A DNA stretch of 64,000 nucleotides from Alphaproteobacteria bacterium (GCA_965261975.1 CBDHEC010000056.1:64001-128000); one strand, 5' to 3'. Counted from the first letter of the stretch, positions 51,601 through 61,113 are shown. Notes: generated from the letters alone by a model not told the origin. A program made the numbers and translations.

Positions 51601-52209
51601 CTGAGCCCCCGCCGCGTCCATCAGCTGTTCCAGCACCTCGTAGGGCTGGGCGCCGACGACGCCCTTGGCGTCGGCTACATAGGTCGGAACGCCGGTCACA
51701 CCATACTGGCGGGATTTTTCCCAGTCCGCGTCGATCGCGGCCTCGAAGGTGCGTTTCTCCAGCACCTCGCGCGCGGCGGCACCATCGAGCCCGACCCCTT
51801 CGGCGATCTCCACCAGGAGATCGGCATCGCCGATGTTCTTGGCGTCGACGAAATAGGCCTCGTAGAGCTTCATGTGGATGGCATCGCCGCCCGGCTGGGT
51901 GTCGGCCCACTTGCCGAGCTCCTGGGCCAGCCGGCTGTTGTAGGTGTGGGTGCGCTTGCCGTAGGGCAGGCCTTCCTCGTCCATCCGCGCCTTCATGTTC
52001 TGGTACATGGCGTCGAGATCGACATCGCGGCCGGCGAAAAGCTGTTCCAGCGACTGGCCGTCGGCCGGCGTGTCGGGATGCAGCGGGAAGTGAACGGTCT
52101 GGATGTCGACGTCGTAGGCCTGGCGGAGTTTTTCAACACGCACGGTGCTGAGGTAACACCAGGGTCAAACGTAGTCGGCGAAGACCTCAAGGGTCACGGG
52201 ATCGGACAT
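51586..52209 (-). CDS. DsbA/FrnE-family oxidoreductase, predicted selenoprotein (Sec15 in U-P-W-C)
   Basis: ATG 52209 with an AAGGA RBS reads MSDPVTLEVFADYV-TGA-PWCYLSTVRVEKL..., matching the FrnE D..CPWC motif; also FPLHP, GVTGVP, GAQP. TGA at 52167-52165. Confidence 0.88.
52119..52164 (-). promoter_or_regulatory. Bacterial SECIS-like hairpin
   Basis: After UGA: lower stem CCUGG/CCAGG, upper stem UCAGCAC/GUGUUGA, loop CGUGC with G at position 2, loop starting 20 nt after UGA. Confidence 0.72.
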
Positions 52210-52304
52210 GGTTGGATTCCTTCGTGTGAGACGGCCTGCACCATAGCAGAGACAGGGCCGGGCGCGATAACATTGCCGGGACCTCTCACACCCCGGAGCC
52301 CGAT

Positions 52305-52748
52305 ATGACCGACCACACGATCCCGTCCCGCAAGCTCACCCATGATGGCATCCGTGCCCTAATTGATGCTGCCGTGGCCAAGGCCGACGAGATGGGGGTG
52401 CCCATGGGCATCGCCGTGGCCAATGACGGCGCGCGGATCGTCGGCTATCTCCTGATGGACGGCGCGCGCGTGCTGGCCCAGGACTCCGCCAGCGCCAAGG
52501 CGATGACGGCGGCGAGCCACCGCATGCCGACCCACGCCATCGATTACAATATCGGCATGGGCCTGTCGGTCTCGACGCAAGGCAAGGTGCTGCCGCTGCG
52601 CGGCGGCGTGCCGATCATCATCGACGGCTATTGCGTCGGCGGCATCGGCTGCGGCTCGGGCACGGGCGAAGAGGACCTCGTGGTGGCCAAGGCCGCGCTG
52701 GCGGCGATCGGCGCGGAGATTCCCGACGACGACGCCAGCGAGGGCTAG
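52305..52748 (+). CDS. GlcG/HbpS family heme-binding protein
   Basis: IAV..DG, MDGA, KAMTAA, GGVPI..DG..VGGIG.GSG...ED..VA. Confidence 0.9.
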   Translation: MTDHTIPSRKLTHDGIRALIDAAVAKADEMGVPMGIAVANDGARIVGYLLMDGARVLAQDSASAKAMTAASHRMPTHAIDYNIGMGLSVSTQGKVLPLRGGVPIIIDGYCVGGIGCGSGTGEEDLVVAKAALAAIGAEIPDDDASEG

Positions 52749-53930
52749 GCGGCGTCGCGCCGGACCATCACCACGAAGAAAAGCCAGGACAGGGTGGTGC
52801 AGCCGAGCATCAGCAGGCCGAGCTGCAGGAAAGAGGTCTGGACGAGGCTGGCCACCGCCAGGGTGCTCGCGAAACCGGCGCTCATCTGAATGAAGCCGCC
52901 CAGCGCCGCGGCGGAACCGGCGGTTGGAGGTGCGACCGCCGTGAGGGCGCCCGCCAGGCTGTTCGGCACCAGGAAGCCCGAGCCCCAGGAGTAGATGAAC
53001 ATCGGCACGATCAACGTGTAGGGCGTGTCGAGACCCATGAGCGCCAGCACCACCGTCGCGCCCGTTCCGGCAATCGCCAGGAGGCCGCCGATCGAGATCA
53101 TCCGGGCCCGCGAGACCCGCTGCGCCAGCCGGCTGGAGATATAGTTGCCGATGATGTAGCCGGCCGGCGTCGACAGGATGAAGAAACCGAACGCCTCGGG
53201 GGGTGACGCCCATGACCACGATGAAGGCGATGGGAGTCCCGGCGATGAAGGCCTGGAAGGTGGCGCCCATCGCGCCGGTGCTCAGGCTGTAGCCCATGAA
53301 ACGGGTCATGCGCGCGAGGCGCAGATAGGTCAGCGCGAGAGCGCCGGGACGGGTGTATTTGCGGGCCTCGGGCGGCAATGTTTCGCGCAGCGTCATCAGT
53401 GTCGCGAGCAGCACGCCGGCGCCGAGCAGCGCGGTGGCCAGGAAATTCGACTGCCAGCCGAAACGCACCTCGAGCTGCCCGCCGATCAGCGGCGCGACCA
53501 TGGGGGCAACCGCGAGGGACATGCCCAGATAGGCCATGGCCCGCGTGGCGGCGGGCCCGTCGGTGGTGTCGCGCACGATGGCACGCGAAATGACGATGCA
53601 GGTGCAGCCACCGATTGCCTGAACCACCCGGGCGGCAATGAGGAAGGTGATGTTCGGCGCCAGCGCGCAGGCCAGGCCGCCGAGGGTGAAAAGGACCAGA
53701 CCCGTGATCAGCGGCCGGCGCCGTCCGATCGCATCGGACAGCGGGCCGACCACCAGCTGCGCCAGCGCGAAGGCGCCGAGATAGACAGACACGGTCATCT
53801 GGGCGAGCGCCTGGCTGGTGTCGAGATGTTCCGCGATGGACGGCAGGGACGGCAAGAAGATCGTGATGGCCACCTGGCTGGCCACCATCAGCGACACCAG
53901 CAGGGCGATCGGGGCAGGCTGATCCGTCAT
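52745..53930 (-). pseudogene. Bcr/CflA family MFS efflux transporter with a +1 frameshift
   Basis: FLPSLP, GPLSDAIGRR, RAIVRD, FGWQ; frame switches at the G6 run 53198-53203; span 1186 bp = 3n+1. Confidence 0.8.
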
Positions 53931-54044
53931 GGATATTGATGTCCCGGCTGGGATGTCGCGAGGGGCGGTTGATGGCCCGAGTTGACCATTGCACTCGGCT
54001 GTCTTACCCCGCAGGGTAATGCCAAACGGGGGAGAAGAGGAACC

Positions 54045-55235
54045 ATGTCCAACGCAACCGACCAATGCGATACACGCACACGCTCCGGGCCCTTGGTGGG
54101 CCTCAAGGTGGTGGAACTGGCGGGGATCGGCCCCGGGCCCTTCGCGGCGATGCTGCTGGCCGACCTGGGCGCCGACGTCATCAAGATCGACCGCCCGGCC
54201 GATGCGGGCCTCGGGGTACCACGGGGTGCGGAGTTCGATCTGGCGACCCGCTCGCGACCTTCTGTTGCCGTCGATCTGAAGAACCCCGACGGCGTCGAGA
54301 CCGTGCTGCGGCTGGTCGAGAGCGCCGACGTGCTGATCGAGCCCTATCGCCCGGGCGTGACCGAGAAACTCGGCCTCGGCCCGGACGAGTGCATGGCCCG
54401 CAACCCGAAGCTGGTCTATGCGCGCATGACCGGGTTCGGCGGGACGGGCACCCTGGCCAAGGCGGCGGGCCATGACATCAACTACATCTCGCTATCGGGC
54501 GCGCTGCACGCGATCGGCGGCAAGGACAAGCCGACCCCGCCGCTCAACCTGATCGGCGATTATGGCGGGGGCGCGCTGTATCTCGCCTTCGGCGTCATGG
54601 CGGCGGTCTATGAGGCGCGCAGCAGCGGCGAGGGCCAGGTTGTGGATGTGGGCATGGTCGACGGCGCGGCGAGCCTGATGATCCCGGTGATCGGGTTGCA
54701 CGCGTCGGGTTACTTCACCGACGAGCGCGCCTCGAACATCCTCGATGGCGGGGCACCCTTCTATGACGCATTCGAATGCGCCGACGGGAAGTTCGTCTCC
54801 ATCGGTTCCATCGAGAAAAAATTCTACGCCATCCTGCTCGACAAGCTCGGCCTTGCCGACGCGGACCTGCCGGACCAGATGGACCGGGAACGCTGGCCCG
54901 AACTCAAGGCACGCTTTGCCAAGGTGATCGCGACCAAGACCCGCGACGAATGGGTCGAGATCATGGAGGGGACCGATGTTTGTTTCGCGCCGGTGATGTC
55001 CATGACCGAGGCGCATACACATCCCCACAACGTGGCCCGCGGCAACTTCGTCGAGGTGGCGGGAATCACCCAGCCGGGGGCGGCGCCGAAGTTTTCGCGC
55101 ACACCCGGCAAGATCCACTCGCCGCCGTCGGTGCCCGGCGAGCATACCGAGGAGGCGCTCGCCGCCTGGGGGCTGCCGGCGGACGACATCGCGACGCTGA
55201 AGGCCGCGGGCGCGATTGGGCGAAAAGAGAGCTAG
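54045..55235 (+). CDS. CaiB/BaiF family III CoA-transferase / alpha-methylacyl-CoA racemase
   Basis: ELAGIGPGPF, LADLGA, EPYRPGV.EKLGLGP, AGHDINY, PPLNLIGDYGGG, AP.FSRT. Confidence 0.92.
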   Translation: MSNATDQCDTRTRSGPLVGLKVVELAGIGPGPFAAMLLADLGADVIKIDRPADAGLGVPRGAEFDLATRSRPSVAVDLKNPDGVETVLRLVESADVLIEPYRPGVTEKLGLGPDECMARNPKLVYARMTGFGGTGTLAKAAGHDINYISLSGALHAIGGKDKPTPPLNLIGDYGGGALYLAFGVMAAVYEARSSGEGQVVDVGMVDGAASLMIPVIGLHASGYFTDERASNILDGGAPFYDAFECADGKFVSIGSIEKKFYAILLDKLGLADADLPDQMDRERWPELKARFAKVIATKTRDEWVEIMEGTDVCFAPVMSMTEAHTHPHNVARGNFVEVAGITQPGAAPKFSRTPGKIHSPPSVPGEHTEEALAAWGLPADDIATLKAAGAIGRKES

Positions 55236-55239
55236 CCTC

Positions 55240-56129
55240 GTGGCCACGAAGATTCCCTACAACCGCGAACTCGACTTCGAATATGGCCGGGTGGACGAAC
55301 TCACCCCGCTGATCCGCCGGGTGATCGCCAACAACCCCAGCGCCTTCACGTTCCACGGCACCGGCACCTATATCGTCGGGCATGGCCAGGTGGCGATCGT
55401 CGACCCGGGCCCGGACCTGGCCGAGCATGTGGACGCGCTGCTGGCTGCGATCCGCGGCGAGACGGTGAGCCATATCCTCGTGACCCACACCCACAACGAC
55501 CACTCGCCCGCCGTGAAGGCTGTGCAGGCCGCGACGGGCGCGCCGAGCTACGCCTATGGCCCCCATGGCACCCGGCCCGAGGACGGGGCGAGCGAGGGGG
55601 GCGCCGACTATGACTTCGCACCTGATCACGTGATCAGCGATGGCGATACGGTCACGGGCAACGGCTGGTCGGTCGAGGCGGTGCACACGCCCGGCCACTG
55701 CTCGAACCATCTGTGCTTTGCCCTGCAGGAGGAATCGACGCTCCTGTGCGGCGACCATGTGATGGGCTGGTCCACCTCCATCGTCTCGCCGCCCGACGGC
55801 GACATGGCAGCCTATATGGCCTCACTGGAGAAGGTGGGCCGGCACGAATCGCGGCCCGCTACTTCCCGACCCATGGCGCGCCGATCGATGACCCCAAGCC
55901 CTATGTGAAGGCCCTGCTGGCCCACCGCCACGAGCGCGAAGACCAGATCATGGCCGAGCTGGCGTCAGGCCCCGCGACCATCGAAGAGATGGTGCCGCGC
56001 ATGTATGCCGACGTCGACCCGAAGCTCTACCCGGCGGCCGCGCGCTCGGTGCTGGCCCACCTGATCCACATGGTGGAGACGGGGCGGGTGAAGGCGGACG
56101 GGGACGTGTACCGGTTGTTCGGTAACTAG
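55240..56129 (+). pseudogene. MBL-fold metallo-hydrolase with C-terminal winged helix (LACTB2-like), frameshifted
   Basis: VTHTHNDH, TPGH, GDHVMGWSTS in one frame; YFPTHG...HR..RE.QI...SVLAHL in another; shift near 55830-55860; span 890 bp = 3n+2. Confidence 0.8.
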
Positions 56130-56138
56130 GCTTCGCCT

Positions 56139-56780
56139 CTACTCCGGCGTGATGAAGTACTGGCCGCGCAGGAAGCGTGAGAGCGGCACCGGTCGCTCCG
56201 GGTCGGGCTTTGGCGGGTTGTGGATGTGCCGCTCGGCCTCGGCCATCGCGATGCGGGTGATGCCGGCCACGTCGAGCAGGCGGGACTCATCGAAACTCCG
56301 GAACGCCAGGTCGACCAGCTCGCCGTCGCCCGCCAGTTTGCCGTTTGCCTTGTCCGCCTCCACCAGGAAGAAGCGCGCATCGAACCGGCGCGTGCGGCCG
56401 GGCGGGGTGATGGCCCGGAAGAAATAGTCGAGGCCGTCCAGGTGCGGGTGCAGCACGCCGTCCTCGGCGTCTCCGATCAGCAGGCCTGTTTCCTCCCAGG
56501 TCTCGCGCACGGCTGCCGATGCGATGGCGCGCGCACGGGTCGGGTTGGCGGCAGCACGCTCCAGCCGGGCCTGCACGTCGGCGGGCAGCGGCGTCTCCGG
56601 CTTCAGCCGCCCGTCGTTCGTCTCCACCCGGCCGCCGGGAAACACATAGGCGTGGGGCATGAAGACATGGTTGTGGTGGCGACGCCCCATCAGCACCTCG
56701 ACGGTGCCCCGGCGGCGGCGCCAGACAACCATGGTCGCGGCGTCGACGGGGCGGCGTGAACGTTGAGGTTTCTCGGCCAT
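56139..56780 (-). CDS. NUDIX hydrolase
   Basis: VLMGRR, VFPGG, AVRETWEETG, AITP...RRFDARFF. Confidence 0.9.
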   Translation of the reverse strand: MAEKPQRSRRPVDAATMVVWRRRRGTVEVLMGRRHHNHVFMPHAYVFPGGRVETNDGRLKPETPLPADVQARLERAAANPTRARAIASAAVRETWEETGLLIGDAEDGVLHPHLDGLDYFFRAITPPGRTRRFDARFFLVEADKANGKLAGDGELVDLAFRSFDESRLLDVAGITRIAMAEAERHIHNPPKPDPERPVPLSRFLRGQYFITPE

Positions 56781-56800
56781 GCCTGGCGAATCCCGGGACG

Positions 56801-57454
56801 CTATTTGACCGTCGAGAAGGAGGTCGGCACCAGGTAGCGGTTCTGCTGGTCGATCACCCGGTGGCCGTTGGCGGCCTGGTAGAGCGGCCAGCGCGGGTCG
56901 GCGACGGCCTTGGCCTGGCGTTCCTCGCGGTCACCCTGGCTGTCCCAGTACCAGAGATGCACCACCTGGTTGATCTTGCCCGTGATCGACGAGAAATAGC
57001 CGATCAGCTGCCAGCCCGCGTCATCGATGACAGGTTTGGCCAGCGCCTTGGTGACTTCCACATAGTTGGGCACTTGCGTATAGGCGATGGTGTAGGTGCG
57101 CTCGTCCACGAAGCCCTTGGGGCTGCCGTTGCCCATGAAGGCGAACGGCTCGACCACGTCGGTCGCCTGCAGAAGCCGGTTGAACTGGGAGACCAGCTTG
57201 TCGGAGCTTCCCTGGCGGTACTCGGTCCATTCCGGGTCGTTGTAGAGCGACGCCCGGCAGTCCTGGCGGACTTGCGCGTTCTCCCACTTCCAGTAGTGGA
57301 CGACCGAATTGATCTCGCCGGTCTCGACCGTGTAGTAGCCGGCCGGTTCGAACCCGTGCTTGCGCTGAAGTGGTTGTCCGACCTCCTCGACATTCTTCAG
57401 GAATGCCGGCATCTGGCCCGGCTTGATGGCGTAGCGGCGCGCGTCGACGATCAT
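56801..57454 (-). CDS. Tandem NIPSNAP-domain protein
   Basis: Two repeats of R.Y.I...GY....G.IN.VVH.W.W...R...DP.W...NR.L; start ATG 57454. Confidence 0.85.
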   Translation of the reverse strand: MIVDARRYAIKPGQMPAFLKNVEEVGQPLQRKHGFEPAGYYTVETGEINSVVHYWKWENAQVRQDCRASLYNDPEWTEYRQGSSDKLVSQFNRLLQATDVVEPFAFMGNGSPKGFVDERTYTIAYTQVPNYVEVTKALAKPVIDDAGWQLIGYFSSITGKINQVVHLWYWDSQGDREERQAKAVADPRWPLYQAANGHRVIDQQNRYLVPTSFSTVK

Positions 57455-57564
57455 GCGCTTGTCTCCCCCGATCTTGTCTGGCCGCGTGCGATTGCCGCCG
57501 GGCCTTATCGGTGTATCGTGACATTCTTTGCGGGCGGTTGAAAGCCACGGCCCATGGGGAGCAG

Positions 57565-58488
57565 ATGATGGAAGAGGCAAAGATTTTGCAGGTCATAGAG
57601 ATCGGGGCGACCCTCGGGGAGAGCCCTGTCTGGTCGCCGGACGAGGGGGTGCTCTGGTGGCTCGATATCAAGGCGCCGGCGCTGCATCGCCACGACCCCC
57701 GGACGGGCGTCGACGACAGCTGGCCGCTGCCCCAGGAGACGGGCTCGATTGTTCTGCGCGAAGGCGGCGGATTGGTGGGCGCGTTGCGGGGCGGGTTCGC
57801 GTTTCTCGACCTGGGGGCGCCGGGCGAGATGATTCGGCCGGACTGGATCGGCGACCCGGAGCCCGACCGGCCGGTCAACCGGCTGAACGATGGCCGCGCC
57901 GATCGTCAGGGCCGCTTCTGGGCCGGGTCGATGCACGACCCCGATGGTCCCCCCCAGACATATTTCGAGCGCGAGCCGGTCGGTGCGTTTCATCGACTGG
58001 ATGCGGACGGGTCCATGCACCGGATGATCGACGGGATACTGGTGTCCAACGGGCTGTGCTGGTCACCCGATGGGACAACCATGTACACGGCGAATTCCCC
58101 GACCCGCGAAATGCATGCCTGGGACTATGACCCGGCGACCGGCGATATCGCGAACGAGCGCGTTTTCGCGACATTCCCCGAGGAAGACGGACGCGGCACC
58201 CCGGACGGGGCGATCGTCGATGCCGAGGGTGGAGTCTGGGTGGCGGAGTTTCGCGCGGGCCGTGTCACGAGGCTGACCCCCGATGGTGATGTCGATCGAA
58301 TGATCGCGCTGCCGGTGAGCCGGGTGACCTGTCCGATGTTCGGCGGGCCCGATCTCGAGACGCTCTATGTCACCACCGCGCGGATCATGCTGACCCCCGA
58401 CGAACTGGCGCGCGAACCCCTCGCCGGCGCTCTCTTCGCTCTCGATGCCGGGGTCAGCGGGCTACCCGAGGCGGCATTCCCCGGATAA
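57565..58488 (+). CDS. SMP-30/gluconolactonase family protein
   Basis: LGESPVW, RLNDG, GRFWAGSM, SNGLCWSPDG, PDG..VD.EG, FGGPDL.TLYVTTA. Confidence 0.92.
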   Translation: MMEEAKILQVIEIGATLGESPVWSPDEGVLWWLDIKAPALHRHDPRTGVDDSWPLPQETGSIVLREGGGLVGALRGGFAFLDLGAPGEMIRPDWIGDPEPDRPVNRLNDGRADRQGRFWAGSMHDPDGPPQTYFEREPVGAFHRLDADGSMHRMIDGILVSNGLCWSPDGTTMYTANSPTREMHAWDYDPATGDIANERVFATFPEEDGRGTPDGAIVDAEGGVWVAEFRAGRVTRLTPDGDVDRMIALPVSRVTCPMFGGPDLETLYVTTARIMLTPDELAREPLAGALFALDAGVSGLPEAAFPG

Positions 58489-58596
58489 CCCTCCGAAACC
58501 CGTGCCGCGATCGGCATGGAATTGCCTCAATCCCGACACCCGACAGCCCAGTTGCGCCGTCAGCCTTCAATCAGCCCTGTCAGGGAGGAGCGACGG

Positions 58597-58995
58597 ATGC
58601 GCGGGTTAACGGTGGTTGCATGGGTCATTGGCGGTTTGCCAGTTGTGGCGTTTGCCGCGACGCTCGCCTTGACCGACGGCGCACCGATACGCGCACCGTC
58701 CGCAGGGTCAGGGATGCCGGCCGCGGCACGCGCGGCGCCGGACTGGCTAGGGCAACCGGCCCTCGCGACGCCCGCCGGCATCCCTACTCGTGCCTGGGAC
58801 CAAGCGCCCCGGACGGTCGTGAGCTGGAAACCGCCGCCCGCGGCCGAGTTTCGACATGACCGTACCCGGGCGGGGTGGGACCAGCTGCGGCGGCTCGCCG
58901 AGTCCGGCGACCGGGACGCGATGGTGTTTCTCACATTGATGCGGGCCGGTGCGATCCCCGGCGCGGGACACGGGACCAGCCTGCCGGCACCTTGA
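58597..58995 (+). CDS. Hypothetical exported protein
   Basis: GGAGGAG RBS, hydrophobic N-terminus, Pro/Ala linker, Sel1-like C-terminal segment LAESGDRDAM. Confidence 0.45.
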   Translation: MRGLTVVAWVIGGLPVVAFAATLALTDGAPIRAPSAGSGMPAAARAAPDWLGQPALATPAGIPTRAWDQAPRTVVSWKPPPAAEFRHDRTRAGWDQLRRLAESGDRDAMVFLTLMRAGAIPGAGHGTSLPAP

Positions 58996-59020
58996 AATTT
59001 GCCGTTTCGAAACCATTTAA
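58991..59020 (+). promoter_or_regulatory. RpoH (sigma32)-type heat-shock promoter
   Basis: CTTGAAA-N15-CCATTTAA upstream of hsp20. Confidence 0.7.
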
Positions 59021-59139
59021 TGTCTACGCTGTGAGGCTCATGCGAGCGCATGGCGATCGAAATCAGGGGTGCCGTAATCGGGCCCCAAGGACCGTGATGC
59101 CGGCGGAGACTATGAAACCGGCTGGTGTCGCGGCCCGGA

Positions 59140-59159
59140 ACTCGCTCGAAAGGAGGAGT
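59140..59159 (+). promoter_or_regulatory. ROSE-like RNA thermometer, SD-sequestering hairpin
   Basis: ACUC-G-CUC/gaaag/GAG-GAGU: UCGCU motif with a bulged G pairs with the GGAGGAG SD just upstream of the ATG. Confidence 0.7.
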
Positions 59160-59166
59160 GACGGCA

Positions 59167-59619
59167 ATGCCACGTTTGTCCCCGCTCAACAGCCCGTTGA
59201 TGCTTGGATTCGATGAGTTCGAACGCACGCTCGAACGTATCTCCAAGGCCTCTTCGGACGGCTATCCCCCTTACAATATCGAACGCATCGGCGAGAATTT
59301 GCTGCGGATCACCCTCGCGGTGGCCGGATTTGCGCGCGACGATCTCGATATTGAACTCGAAGACAGCCAGCTCACGGTGCGCGGCCGCCAGGCCGAGCAG
59401 GAGGCGCGGGAGTATCTGCATCGCGGGATCGCCACGCGCATGTTTCAGCGCAGTTTCGTGCTGGCAGACGGTGTCGAGGTGACGGCGGCGTCGCTCGACA
59501 ATGGCCTGCTGCATATCGATGTGTCGCTGCCGCGGCCCGAACGCAATGTGCGCAAGATCGAGATCGAAGGCGAGGGTTCGCCAGCCCTCGATATGGAGAC
59601 GAAAGGACAGGCATCATGA
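59167..59619 (+). CDS. Hsp20/IbpA-family small heat shock protein
   Basis: LGFD, YPPYNIE, ITLAVAGF, YLHRGIA.R.F.R.F.LA, NGLLHID. Confidence 0.95.
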   Translation: MPRLSPLNSPLMLGFDEFERTLERISKASSDGYPPYNIERIGENLLRITLAVAGFARDDLDIELEDSQLTVRGRQAEQEAREYLHRGIATRMFQRSFVLADGVEVTAASLDNGLLHIDVSLPRPERNVRKIEIEGEGSPALDMETKGQAS

Positions 59620-59825
59620 TCATGAATGATGAAAAATTCAGCCCCGATCAATTTGCGGCGCTGGGCGTCGATCGTGTTGCCTATGTGCGCCCGGCAGTGG
59701 TCGATGGCCGCACCGTCTATGCGATCCACAATGCCGACGGGAATGAAATGGGCATGATGGCCGAGCGCGACATCGCGTTCGCGGCGGTCAAGCAGCATGA
59801 CATGGAGCCTGTCAGCGTTCACTAA
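59616..59825 (+). CDS. DUF1150 family protein
   Basis: FAALG...AYVRP, YAIH.ADG, A.AA..QH.M.PVSVH; coupled to hsp20. Confidence 0.85.
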   Translation: MIMNDEKFSPDQFAALGVDRVAYVRPAVVDGRTVYAIHNADGNEMGMMAERDIAFAAVKQHDMEPVSVH

Positions 59826-59850
59826 GTGGGCGCGCTGACGGCGCGCGGAC

Positions 59851-60333
59851 TTAGCTGGCGGCGCGAAGCGTCTCGGTGGCGGTAAAGCCGGTCTCGATCA
59901 ACAAGGCGTAGATGGCATCCGGGCTGTCGGAACCACGCAGCTTGTCGCAAAAGGCCCGGTCGCGCATGATTCGCGAGACCCGCGCGAGCGCCTTCAGGTG
60001 GTCGGCGCCGGCACCCTCTGGGGCAAGCAGCAGAAACACCAGATCCACCGGCTCATCGTCGATCGCATCGAAATCCACGGGCTTCTCGAGACGTGCGAAC
60101 ACGCCCTGCAAATGGCCGAGCCCGGGCAGTTTGCCATGGGGTATCGCAAGGCCGGCGCCCACACCGGTCGAGCCCAGGCGTTCGCGTTCGACCAGGATAT
60201 CGAACACCCGGCGCGCATCGGTTTTGAGGATTTCGCCCGCGGCTTTCGACAGTTCCTGCAGGACCTGTTTCTTGCTGGTCGCATGCAGGTCGGCGATGAC
60301 GCTGCCCGGTTCGAGAATGTCTTCGATATTCAT
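59851..60333 (-). CDS. ptsN: PTS IIA-like nitrogen regulatory protein
   Basis: SKKQ.L, RERLGSTG.G.G.AIPH, DFDAID..PVD, HLKALARVSR; start ATG 60333. Confidence 0.96.
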   Translation of the reverse strand: MNIEDILEPGSVIADLHATSKKQVLQELSKAAGEILKTDARRVFDILVERERLGSTGVGAGLAIPHGKLPGLGHLQGVFARLEKPVDFDAIDDEPVDLVFLLLAPEGAGADHLKALARVSRIMRDRAFCDKLRGSDSPDAIYALLIETGFTATETLRAAS

Positions 60334-60343
60334 GAGCTGTCCG

Positions 60344-60937
60344 TTAGGCCTCATTGTCCGGGCTGTCCGGCGCATCGATCCAGCCGACATTGCCGTCTGC
60401 GCGGCGGAAAACCACGCTCATGCCGCCATGTTTGGCATTGCGGAAAACCAGCGCGTGTCCGTCCGCCAGGTCCATGCGCATCACGGCCTCCGAGACCGTC
60501 AGGCTTTCGACCGAGGTCTGGTTCTCGGCGATGATCACCGGATTGTCGTCGGTCGGGACGTCATCGGACATATCCTCGTCGCCGGCATAGGGCGCGATGA
60601 CATATTCGGGCATCGTCGGGGTGCTGATCGTTTCGCGATCCTGGTGATGATCGCGCAGGCGTCGCTTGTGGCGCCGCAGCCGTTTGGCCAGATGCGCCAG
60701 GGCCACGTCGAAGGCCGCGTAGGGATCATCGGCTTCCTCATGGGCGCGCACGTGAATGCCGCGGCCTACATGCATGTTGATGTTGGCGCGGATTCGATAG
60801 GCTTCGCGCGACAACACCACGCTCGCGTCGACGGCGTCGGCGAAATACTTGTCCGTCGTATCGGTGATCGCGTCCTCGATATGGGAACGCAACGCGTCGC
60901 CCACATCGATCTGCTGTCCTGTCACATTGATTTGCAC
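60344..60937 (-). CDS. hpf: Ribosome hibernation promoting factor (long HPF/RaiA)
   Basis: I.VTG..IDVG.ALR, KRLRRHKRRLRDH, V.EAVM.MDL, R.DG..GWID; between rpoN and ptsN. Confidence 0.93.
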   Translation of the reverse strand: MQINVTGQQIDVGDALRSHIEDAITDTTDKYFADAVDASVVLSREAYRIRANINMHVGRGIHVRAHEEADDPYAAFDVALAHLAKRLRRHKRRLRDHHQDRETISTPTMPEYVIAPYAGDEDMSDDVPTDDNPVIIAENQTSVESLTVSEAVMRMDLADGHALVFRNAKHGGMSVVFRRADGNVGWIDAPDSPDNEA

Positions 60938-61113
60938 GGTTTGGAACGCCGTCTGTCGTTAGAAAAACTAGTCTCGGGGCCGCCATTGGGTGGCCTCGTT
61001 ATTCAACGCTTCGTTTCTTGTTGTACGTGTGACCTGCATCAATGCTGGTCGCGACGCTGCTTGTCTTTTGTTCGTACCGACCGTCTATCGCGCGGTCTCG
61101 CTTTGCGGCGCGG

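Noticed and set aside
52359-54473. 704-aa ORF that looks like a large fusion
   Set aside because: It is the N-terminal half of the frameshifted MFS gene plus read-through in non-coding frames on both sides.
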